Positions 13,101 to 25,100 of a DNA stretch of 64,000 nucleotides are shown here, in pieces. The DNA comes from Podarcis erhardii. Its lineage: Eukaryota. The position numbers were made by a program, and so were the translations under genes. Each line of letters starts with the position of its first letter. Position 1 is the first letter of the stretch. The notes under the pieces are model-generated. The model was not told the origin of the DNA. It searched no databases and saw only the letters and a program-made list of their open reading frames with translations. The stretch is taken from NCBI GenBank assembly GCA_964252035.1, contig OZ176209.1; one strand, given 5' to 3'.

Positions 13101-16100
13101 GCAACCCCAGAGTAGGCCACAACTGGACCTAATGGTCAGGGGTCCCTTTACCTTTAAAAGAAGTCATGAGAATTTACACAGATTCATGGGGTTATGGATC
13201 TTTCAAAATGTGTAGATCTATCAGCAAGTAGCTGCAATTTTAAATACCGTATCAGTTGAGAGTCCTGTTGACTTCAGGCCCTCTGCCTGACCAGTCTTCT
13301 GATCCCTCAGGTCTATTCTTACAACAGAAAGGCCCATTAGTTGTTAATAATGTATCTACTTAGGTAAATAGAAGGACTTGCTGATTTTACTCTCTGTTCT
13401 TCAATACAAAGTGCATTGGCTTATAATAAGTGGAATATCTGTTGTTTTTGAAAAGGGCAAACTGTCAAAGGTTCTTGAGCTGAATTTGATATTCTGCTTC
13501 CTTGCTGAGAGGCCAGGCAACCCTCATCCATCTTCCTCTCCTCATAAACCTAAGGGAGAATTGGGGGGGGGTGCAGTTATATGACTTGCTAGGTGGGACT
13601 GTGTGTGAAGAATCTCAGTATCTAAGGTTCTGTAAACTTAATGGCTTGTGCTCCCCCCCAATATATTTCTGAAACACAATCCTATCTAGTTATCTTTTTG
13701 TGCTATACGGTTTGCTGCTTAAATAACAGTTGAAACCAATCATGTTGTTTAAATAAAAATAAGCAAAGGCAGCCATGTTGGTCCATAAGACACTCCCCTC
13801 GCAACTTCCATAGTAAGGAAATACCTTTTTAAGGCCAACCAAGATATAACAAAATAATGAGCAAACTTTTGGGTTCTCCAGCATTCTTCATAAGCTGGAT
13901 GTGGGCGAGAAAAAGGCTTGCTTGGTGTTGAAACTACAGTATCTGCACATTGGCCTCCGACCTGAGATGGGGTATGAAAAGAGACAGTGGACTTAATATC
14001 CAACCGGGGAGACCGGGATGAAGAAACACACAGTGGCTATAGACACTAGTATTTTTGCAGCCCTGCAAGAAAGAACATATATCTGAGCATGCAAATTTAT
14101 TACACCCCTCTTTCCCTTTTAACTTCTCCTCCAGATACCCTTTCCCCAGACTGTGTAATTCCCCAGTCTGATTTTGGATATCATAAATAGCCATGATATC
14201 CCAATATGGGTAATCCATGCTACCTCATCCCTGAACCCATAGCACTCTTAGTCACCTATTGTTGGGGTTTCTGTTTGGGGGAGGGCGTCAACAACCAGCA
14301 GCTCATGGACTAGATCTGACCCTATGGCAGGACTATGTTCAGCTGTCAATCTAGAGATAAGCATGGTGTTTGGAAAGAACATGGCAGCTCTTATGGGAAA
14401 CCTTTGTGGGAGATGGGGTTAGAAACACCTTTTATCTCCAACGACTCTCTGGCAAAAGAAAGTCTCTGACCAGGGTCATAGAGTGGCTGATTACAAACTG
14501 CTAATGATTTTATTTAGTGCTGCCCACAACAGTGGTTGCTGAGATCACTTGTTTTGCTGGTGCCACACACGCTTGTGTTGTCCACTGTCTTGGCATGGTT
14601 TCACCCCTTTCTGCACCTTTTTTGCCATTTTTTTCTTTTGTAGATTTCATCCTGAATTTATACTGTTTCTCTTTTCCCTCATTTCCCCCATCCATCTTAC
14701 CTCCCCCCACCCTCATTACCTTCATCTGGTAGAAGTATATAAAGATGTATACAGGTGGCGTGAGCTCATTGGCTGAGCAAATAGCCAATCAGCTTCAAAG
14801 GAAAGACCAACCCAAAACCCTTCTAGACAAGAAGGAACTGGTAAGAGAATGATGTTCAGAAGGTGATGAGTATTTGTGATTAGAAGTTAGACAGCTCTTC
14901 CTTAGATCCTCAGTAATATGGAGCCTTTAGTTTTCCCTCAGTGTTTAGTTAAAGGTAGCTGATGTAAGCATTTCCTTGCCTGTTCCTCCACTTGCCCTTG
15001 TGGGTTCTTGAATTCTTGCTATAAAGAAAATGGATAGTACACAAAAGATCTGTTGCTGAAAGCTTTGGTGTCTTTGGAGTAAATGTGTGGAGATATCATT
15101 TGACAGTGGTTGTTTGGAGCCTAGCTTCAGTGGTAATGTGGGAGGAGGAGGATTACTATCATAATTGTGTGACCATTTCCACAATTCGTTAGTTGTGTAC
15201 ACTTGGTGTCTCTCATCAGCTTTGTGAGGTATGTCATCATTATTCCCATTTTAGAGGCAGGATGTGTGGGAAAGCTAAAGCTGAGAGAATTAAAGAATTT
15301 TTAGATCCTTCAGTTCTCCCATATTCCGCCAGACTCTTTATTTTCAGGTGGTTGGATGCGACACCTTACGGAGTGTGTTCCTTGGCTGACCTTTTCTTCC
15401 TCATGTTGGGGCCTTGGAATTATCCATAGGTGCCTGCTTAGTGTTTTTGCTGAAACGTCCTCCGTTTCCCATGGGAGGATTCCAAAACAATCTAATGAAT
15501 ACATATGGCACGACAGTGGAAGTAACAGTAAGCTTGTGACTCAGTCTAGACCTTTCCTTGTTGCTGCTTTAGGGTTCCTTGAAAAAAGAATTCCCTCCAA
15601 ATGTGGGAGGCAGTGATGTCTGCTACTTCTGCCACAAGCGTGTCTACGTGATGGAAAGGCTGAGTGCTGAAGGCAAATTCTTCCACCGCAGCTGCTTCAA
15701 ATGCGAATACTGTGCTACAACCCTGCGCTTGTCCTCTTATGCCTACGACCTGGTGGATGGTAAGTGAAATTTACCTTTTGCCTTAGGAGGGGATGGGCAA
15801 GAGCTTCAACTGATGGGTTGCATTCGGCAAAATTGTTGTGCAGGTGACTTCTACTTGCATAACATAACTTCCCCTCCTCCTCCTCCTCCTTCCCCCCACT
15901 TGTGTCCCCATACCCAAATCTTCTCTGGGGGTTCCCACAGGCTTCTGGGATAGGTTTTTTTGGGGGGGCAGGAACTCAGGGAGCAGAAGGAGAGGGAGTT
16001 CCATTGTGCAAGCAGAAATCATTGAGATCACAACATGACTTTTATTGGATTCAGCCCTTTGACTTAGAAATAACCTTCAGGATTCCATATATCTTTAGCA

Positions 16101-19100
16101 TGGTCAGGAAATCATTACATCACTGTTTGGCCCACTTCAGATACACCATCCAAAATTATTATTGTGCAAGAGGTATTTGTAGAAACTAAAATGCACATTG
16201 TAAATACTGCAGTCTGAAGCTGGTTGAACTGGGAGTTGAACTCCTCTCCATGCTCAGGATTTTGTGTGCTGCCAGAGATTATGGAAAACTCAGAGTGGGA
16301 AGCCATTACTCTTGTATTTGCACTCATGGCTAGACAACTGCAGCATCATGTAAACAGGACTCTCCTTGAATACTGTTTAGAAGGTTCAACAACACACTGG
16401 AAGTTCTTGCAGCACCATACCACAGGCTATTTGCATCTGTGAAATGATAACTTTTGAATATTTGTTGTTAGAAATCACCTGGGTGACCATGGTACATAGA
16501 TTTCTGTTTGGATTGGTCAATTCTTGGTAAGCAGTGGTCTGTTTGGAGTTAATGCCCAGCCCTTTCCTCTTTGCATTCATTCTTGCCTTTTCCACAGCAC
16601 TTTTGCCAGATTTCCATGTGATGCAGCCTTTGTTCCTCATACAGTGCTGCTTTGTGTGTGATACCACGCAAGTTCCCCTGGGATGTTCTGGCTATTGGTT
16701 GGGTGCTGGGTAAATGGCTGTCAGGCACCCTATGGAAAATCCATTTGTTTTCAGGAAAGGAGGAAATTAACGTGAATTAAATCTTTGAGGCATAATTGTC
16801 TCCATGTATTTGGTATGTGACAGGGCAGAGGAGATACAGAGGAACTGTGGCATTGCACAGCATTGCCAAACTGTAGCTTTTGTCTTTCTCATTACCATTT
16901 CCCCCTTGCTCTATTTGCAGGAAAATTCTACTGCAAGCCTCACTACTGTTACAGACTTTCAGGTTATGCACAGAGGAAGAGACCGGCAGTGGGCCCTCTG
17001 TCAGGAAAGGTAGGCTGTTTCCTTGCATTTCCCAGATGAGACTGCTTTGCCATTTTATGTTGGGAAAGTGGCTTTGGGTTGTTTGGAAGGGGGAGAGCAG
17101 TGTTGCAGAATCTTTCTGAATCCTATGTGCATTGATCTTGCCTGCCTTTATTAGCTGTAAACTTTTTATCAGTTGTTGTTTTTATAAATTTGTTGGCTTA
17201 CCAAAACCAAGACAGCAATGTGTATGGAGAGAGAAGATGAAAAGCTGTGTCAGTGGTGTGCAAATAGGCACGTCACCATTCATATTTACTTCTGTCTATC
17301 CAAAATCCAATTTATGGTGTTGGATAATAAAAATAAGTTCTTTTTCTCAGGGGACCATTGAAAAGTACTCATACCCAAAGAGTGGGAATTTAATAATTAA
17401 AACATGGATATGCATTAAAGTAAATTCTGCCTTGAGAATATATGTAATAGCTGATTGACTGGACAACGATTACATTTACAAAGTAACATGAATTAATTTT
17501 ACTTATGCAGTTAATTTTTTGGCAGTTGGTTTTATGGCAAGTAGTTCTTCAAGGCAATACTATGGAAAAACGATACATGTGATACTATTATTTTTTGTTA
17601 AAATCAGCTAACCCCAGGCATGCCCTCCATATGGCTTTACTTGAAGAAGCAGTTAGATAAATAACAAAGATATAACTGAGAATGTGTGTCCAGATCTGGA
17701 ATATTCCTGAATAAACTAGGATTATTGTTTCTCCTGGATCTAAAACCATAAAACCACCTTTTGTCTGTTTGCATTTGCTCACTTTTAAATTACATAAATG
17801 TAATAACTGCATCCTTACTTGCCTGTTTCCCCCCCAGGACAGCAAAGGGACCCAGCAGGACAACATGGCGGCTGACGGTGCAGGACGTGCAAACTCCATC
17901 TCAACTTCGTCAGAGAGGACTCCAGGTAGCTCTGCTTCCTTGTTTGGCAGGGTGATGCAGTACTCGCTCCACCTCTTTGACAGAGTTAGGGTGGCAAGCC
18001 AGCTCCTGCAAAGCACAGTTTCCTCAGTTGGGCACCACGTAGCCCAAAATCCTTTGGACTCCTTTTTCATGTGCCAGCTGATGGCTTTTGGAGTCCCCTT
18101 TATCTATGTCCAGTCAGAGGTTCTTGTGCAGATAATGGGGGAGTTTTTATCAGCACTAGGGTATTAATACAGTAATAACAACTTTTGTAACACTGTGTAA
18201 CATGTGTGCAGGAGGAAATTAGGGGTTATGTGGTGGTGGGGTTACATTATGGTTTGTAAGACAAAGCTGCTGTTCTGAATGCTGTCCAGGTAAACACAGA
18301 CATCCAGTTCAAGATTTCTTGGGTAGGTTCAAATAAATTAAAAATTGCTAGTCATACCCAGAACAGACCAATTGAAATTAATGGACACAACTAACTTAGC
18401 TAAATTAATTTCATCAGGTCTACTCTGAGTAGAACGTAGCTGGATGCAACCCTTAGTCTGCAAAATCTACATTGCTGAGTGAATTAAATATAGCATTAGC
18501 ATGGTATGAAGAAGTCCATTGACTGGATTTCTGTGTTCACCTGCAAAACTATCTTCTAGTTCTCACCAACATGGTGTCTGAATAGCAAAACATCAAAACC
18601 TTGTTGATACGTTTTGAACCATGCCTGGTATACATTCCTTGTTGTCTTTCACAGCCTTTAACTCTGGGTGATCTTGGTGTTGGCAGGTTGTGGAAATTTC
18701 TCCCAAAATATATGCTTTGCTGTTCTGGACTGGGGCTGACAAACCAAGCTGTATGCTGTTGAGGGCATTCTGGTTAATCTTAAACTTGATTCCTGTCTCT
18801 GTGTGAGAGAGAGCGATAGACTCAATTTGTGCCACAAACTCTTGTTTGGACGGACTTTTACTTTGACCTTTTGGTGATTAAATTTGAATAGCACTTGATA
18901 AGAGGCCAGACTGGATTCTAGTTGTGGAATCTTCCAAGCCAAACAGGTTTAGATTTTATTTTTTTATGTAGAATTAAATTATATAGCCGTAGTCGTGCGT
19001 AGGAACTAAACCGTTACCCTTCCATTGGCTAAACGTTTCTAAATAGTATGAAAAAATCCAATTGAAGGATCATTCAAGATATGTTTTTTCATTTATTTAT

Positions 19101-22100
19101 TTTTAGTTGTGTGCAGTCAATAGCATTGTACAGTTTCTGTATTTGTGTGGCATTTCCCACCCAGAAGCAAAATGAAAGAGATTTAATATTTAAGTAAGCT
19201 CTGAAAAACATTTTGTATTAAGCAAGTCTTTCAAATGTGAAAACACAGCTTCTTGTAACTATTGGATAGGAGTCATTTGGCTGTGGAAACAGAGTTCTGG
19301 AATTTTGCACTGATTAAATTGCTTGATCAGAGATTGGATGTGGTTGTTCAGATAACTTTTAAGAGTTCAGACTCTGAATACTGCTTGTGTTGAGCTTCTG
19401 CCTCTGTTGTCATGAGACTGACAATCTTGCAGAAGTTGATTGCAGTTGGAGTTGCCAACTTGGTCTAGCATATTTCACCAGCTCTTTACCATGTTAATTT
19501 CAGTTTAGCAATAATTATTCTTGGCCTAATATTGTAGTGAAACCTGTCCTACATTCCCTGTAAGCCATCTAACTTTTAGTTCTAGTTCCCTGCTGGTCAG
19601 GACAAAAAGCAGACAATTTTTGGCTCTCTGCTGAGTTCAAAATTAACTTGAATGTATAAGTTTGCTAATCACTCAAACAGTATGGGAAATTAATGTGTAT
19701 TTTCATAGGAGGCTGCTAGAGGAATCTCTATATGTTTAAAGTTTAAGATCAGGACTCTTTCATGTGTCTTTGTTTACATATACCTATTTATGTGTCTATA
19801 GATATTGTAATCTCTACAAAGTAGAATCCAGCAATAATGAATTGAATAATTAATTCTGGCCTTTGTGTTATATAAGCACCATGAACTATTATAATAGTTA
19901 AAGACAGTGCTGGGGGGAAATATTTCAGATAATCAGAAGCCAGCATTTTATGTGTTCAGAGCTGATAAAAACGTTTCAGTCCCTAGATTCCAGCTGAAGT
20001 GTCCTAATCAGAGAAGTTTCAGACTTTGGCAGTCCTCTGCGAGGCTGGTCTGTCCTCATGCAAACTCTGAATTGCCATTGAGGTAGAGATATAATTCTAT
20101 TAACTGCAATTTTCGGACACTGGAATTCATGCAGAGATTGGCATTTCATAATGTGGAAAATGATGGTGATTTGAAAAGGGGAAAAAATGTGATTTTAATA
20201 GAATGTAATTGGATGGTAGTGGGGGAAGCGGAGAAGTGCAGTCTTGGAACGAATAGAAATCTGCACCTCCCATTGACCTGTGTTCATGGTCAGCTGCCCA
20301 TTCCAAGCTGACCCTTGGTTCCCATGGAATAGGTAAATGCATGCTAGTGGAGCCGTGCTTACTCTATTTGCATGTTTCAAACAAATCTGCAATCAGTATT
20401 TGCTTGGTTACTATGAAATTTTATGTCGCCTCCCTTCCCTACTTGTTGGCTAACTTGAATAGTAGAGAAGAGAGCTCTTCTGTACTAAGGCATTAGAATA
20501 ATGGTCAGGAAACAATAAGCACTTTTTATTGTGAGATAATTTTGCTCTCTGGCATGTGTGGCTCTTGCTTTATAGGTGTTTTGTGACTCCCCCTATTCTG
20601 TTACAAAGGGGGAAGTTAACTGATCTCAAAGCTCAGTATTTAGCCATTAGGGTAGGCCAAATCTTCTCTTGATGTCCACCTCCTGGTCTGCCCAGGAGTG
20701 TGTGTGGCACATGTGAGTGCTTTAAGTGAGTTAGCTTTTGATGTTTGCTGCTATCCGGTTACACTTCTTGCACACTGTCTCCCAAACGTGCAACCCTTTC
20801 TGCTGGTGCAGGGGTGGTGAAAGCTGTGACAGGCGCTTTCTTGTGCTGAACTCTGGCATGCTTCTGGCAAACTCTGTATTACGCCTTTTTCTTGTACTGT
20901 CTTCCTGGGATTTTGTGTCAAGCACTCTCTGCATTTGCCTTTGTGACACAATTGCTGCTGGTGCCAATAAAAGGAGTGGGGGTGAAAAAATCCCTTGCTT
21001 TTCAATGGTTGTATTCTGTAATAGTTGTATGTCTCTTGTATTTTGGAATGTTTTACAGTGAGTGTCATTTTTTTATACATGTCTTTTTTTTTTAACACGG
21101 AAGTATTGTTCTTTCTGCACTTCGTTGTAAATGTCTGTAAAATATTTTGGAATGTATTAATCCTCCTGTGGGTCCAGTGGGCTTGGAACAGTCTCTCTGC
21201 ATTTTGCCCTTACAATTTTATATAAAGGCGGTTGGTTTTCACTCAGTAACATTTAGGGGTAATGAAATTAAGGTAATTCACCATGAGCTAGGTCACTGGA
21301 ATGTTACACACATAGTCAAAAGCATTCTAATTAAAAAAAAGAAAAGAAAAGAAAAATAGGAAATTGAGAGAATTTGTACTAATATCCTCCTTTGAAAGAG
21401 GGGAAGTAAATAGTATTATCAATGGAGTATATCTGTCCTTAATAGTATATTCCAGTGAAGTAAGCTAATTGCACTATAGTGAGGTGGCTGGAATGTGGCA
21501 AGTAATCATGAAACACTAGGACTTAAACATGATCTTTTTTCAGACTAACAGTCAAATCTTGGAACACATAGTTGCTGTTTTTAGTGGAGGCCAGCACTCC
21601 ACTGTGGAATTTGCAGCATTTCACATGGACAGAAAATTGGGTTGTAGGACTTCAGTTGCTCTTTCATATACTTGAAGGAGATTTTGATGGGTTTCTAGTA
21701 GCATGCACCCGTATCTGCAGAATGCAAGCTGAATGCAATGCTTGTGTATTTGTTTTCAAAACACGGGAAGAGGGAGAGAGAGTGTAATCTTTGATCAGTG
21801 ATTAGAGGAGCTCTATGCACTTCTTTTATCAGTGATTAGAGGAGCTGCATCTTCTATTCCCTTTGATGCCATTTTGGCAGACTCTTCTTTCCTACATAAA
21901 AAGGTGTATCAGTAAATTTGTCCCTTTTCGCTACAGAGCACTGGATAATTGTGTTTAAAAAAACAACAGAAATTATATTGTTGGTTGTAACAAATTTATT
22001 GTTGAATCCTGAAACTGCATTGGTTCATCCAATGTATACCAATGAGAAGCAGGAATTGCCATGGAATTGCATAGGGAGAAGTTAAGACATAGTTCTATGG

Positions 22101-25100
22101 GCCATTATTCAGTATAAGGGGTAAGCATGGTTAAGCTCTGTGTTAAATTGTGCTAATGGTAGTGTTACAGCAACATACCTGCAGTATAAAATCAGTGAAG
22201 AATGTCCATATATATGTAATTTAATAAGATTATATAATGTCTCCTGGACACAAATTTTAAAATATTAGCATACTACCTTTAGTCTCAACAAACCATGATC
22301 TGAATGAATATAATTTTTTTTTTTTTTTACATGATAACTAGTGTATAGGTATTTTTTTGATTCAGCGTATGCTTTACAAACTATAAATTGTGCTAAACTT
22401 GATCTCAGTTAATATAGTTCCTTAAATTATTATTAGCTGTCACCCTGGTTTAAAATGCACTTGATAGGTAATGTAAAATTCACTTGCCCCAAATTTGGCA
22501 TGAACTCTGCCAGTACTCAAACAGCACCAATTTCTGTTTTAACAAAACATGTTCTTTACAGAATTAATCGTAGGGTAGCAAACATTTGGACTGATGTGAT
22601 ACAATTTTCCACCTATGACAGAATACTTTTTAGGAAGTCTAGAGATGGTCTTGGTAACCTTGCACAATAAAGGCAGCATTTGAGAAGTCTGATCCTTTTT
22701 TGAAATGTTGCTTGGTTTTTACTGTGTCCACTGCAGCAAGATAGCAACCATTTTTTAAAACTGTGCAGGCCAATCAAAACTGTGTGCAGTGGATTCTGAA
22801 CAAGTAGGAATAAGGCTACAGTTCTTTTTCTAAATGTTACTGTGGACCTGAAGCTGGGTAGAACAGTGGGACTCCAGGATTTATGCCACATTATGTGCAG
22901 AGAGACCCATGCAAGGTCTGTCTCTTCAAAGACGTTAGGATTATTTTATATATTAAAGCAGCCACCTGGAGTTTGATGGCTGTTCCACAAGAGGCCCTAA
23001 TCAGCATTAATTGCACAATAATAGATTGGCTCTATTGTGTAGTCTGTAAACAGTGTTTCCGTGCACTCTGGCTTCCGACACAGTGTTCCACTGTGCCAGA
23101 AGCGGTTTAGTCATCTCCTGTACAGAATACCAGTGTACGGTTGCATTTCTTGTGGCCTGCACTAAACTACCATAATGTATGGAATCACTTTTAGTATGAA
23201 ATCAAAGGTCCTGTGTAGCTGGAAGTTTACTGTTAAGCATGCATGTTGAATGGCTGAAGATAGTGTCCCTACCCTGTGAAAAGTAGCCTTCCAGAGCTTA
23301 GCTTGGAAGCTTTCTTGAGAGACTGTTCCTAGACCCCGTTGCATTCCCCTTCAGTGTTCTTACTAGGTTTTTATGGTGGGATTGATGTGGAGGGAAGAAT
23401 GTGTCCAACCACAGAGCACATGAGCAGGCAGCAAAATGAGGAGTCTGGACATGGTGCATCAAGGAAAAACGATGCACATAGGAAAATGCAGTGTTATGTG
23501 CTTTCAAAGTGAACATCACTTTTGAATAGCTACAGGGAAGAAATGAAATGTAAAATTTATACAATTGTTAGGGATCCACCATAAAATCCTGTTGAGAACA
23601 CTTTTTTCCTGGGAGAGATGAAATTCCTTTCTCTTGTCCTTTCATCCCTTCTCAAACCTTATAGATCATAGTGACTTGTATTGTTATTTGTGTGTATATA
23701 TATGCATTTCTTGAGGGATGGTGTGAGTTATTCTGAGTATTTTCTTAAACAGAATGCAATATTACTTGTGTGTCAGAGAAAAATACCTTAAATCTCGTAA
23801 GAAACGGGTTTTGTTTTTTCCCCTCCCAGCAATTAAACTGGGGTGTGCTTAAATGCCCCCTATTTTGAAATGCAAAATCTGAGGGGAAAAACATCCCCTG
23901 CTTTGAGATTTAAGCTGTGGCTCAGGGAAGAATGGGAAATGTGCTCTGAAAAGCCTCACATCTCAAACTTGAGATGTTGTACCCTTTTTTATTTTTGTTT
24001 TCTTGCCCTTACTGTGGTGGTGCAGAGTGTGCATTTGTGTTCAAATTCTGTAACTTTGGAACTCTTGTTGCTGTGAAAACAATACGTTTTTGTGCAAATG
24101 TTACCTCTTCACGTTAAAAAGGGAATAAATTCCAAACAATCTTTCTGAGGTTTCAAAAGTTTCTGAGTTTTTCTTTTCTACTCCATTGTTTATCTCCTTT
24201 GATTCAAGCCTAAAGAGGTGGGGGATGAAGACTTCCTAGAGATGGAGTTTCTGCAGTTGGTCCATTAGATTGAAATTAAGTGTTGGCTAGTGCTAAGAAA
24301 AATATACTTTAGAGTAAGATTTGGCAGGACAAGGATTTGCTTAACATAATTCAGAGCTTGCATTTCCAGTTTATGGCTCTATAGTATGCATGGAGTCCCG
24401 AGGTAATAAGATGCCTTAAAGTAATACATTGGTTCTTCTTAGAGGAAAAATGAGAACTTTGACCAGCAGCCAAAAATTTGTCCAGTGATTTCAAGTCAAT
24501 ATATAAAATTCAGCCTCTGTCCCTGTTCTCTTCGACTACTTGCACCCTGCTTCCCAATATCATGTCTTTAGGTCCCTTGCCTGCTGCCAACAACACATGT
24601 ATTTTCCTGTCATCAAGGCCCAAGATTGAGAGGTTTTTTCCTACGGTAACTATCTCTCTCTTTTCTGCTAAAGTGCATTGCTGCTAATATTCTCATTGTT
24701 GCTAACAACATTCTTCTAAACAATCAGAATGTTTATGAACATCCTATTACCTCACAAGCTCAGCAAGTTTCTTACAGGAGAAGGTAGTGATAGCTGCTCA
24801 TGCTCTAGCCCTCATACTGAGAAACAGAACCTAGTATGTAACTATACAGAAAGGGACAATCTTGATTCTAAATAAGAGGAGCAAGGATAGCAAACGTGGT
24901 ACAATCCAGATATTGTTGCACTACGACTCGCAGTATTTTTGACCAATGGCTGGGGCTATTGGGGGTTAGAGTCTTAACAATATCAGGAAGACACTGTGTT
25001 GGCTAACCCTGAACTCCATCAAAGGTGTGGGGCAGATTTAACCTCTTCCTCGGTGTTCCCTGAGTGAACCCCCTTAATTCTAAATAAGTATGTAAGAGCC

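Noticed and set aside
20731-21098. Four overlapping ORFs on both strands
   Set aside because: No splice signals in a compatible phase, no recognisable domain, Cys/Phe-rich composition typical of TG-rich non-coding DNA.
21794-21846. Repeat-spacer-repeat pattern resembling CRISPR
   Set aside because: Only two 19-nt copies with a 15-nt spacer, in a vertebrate intron with no cas genes.
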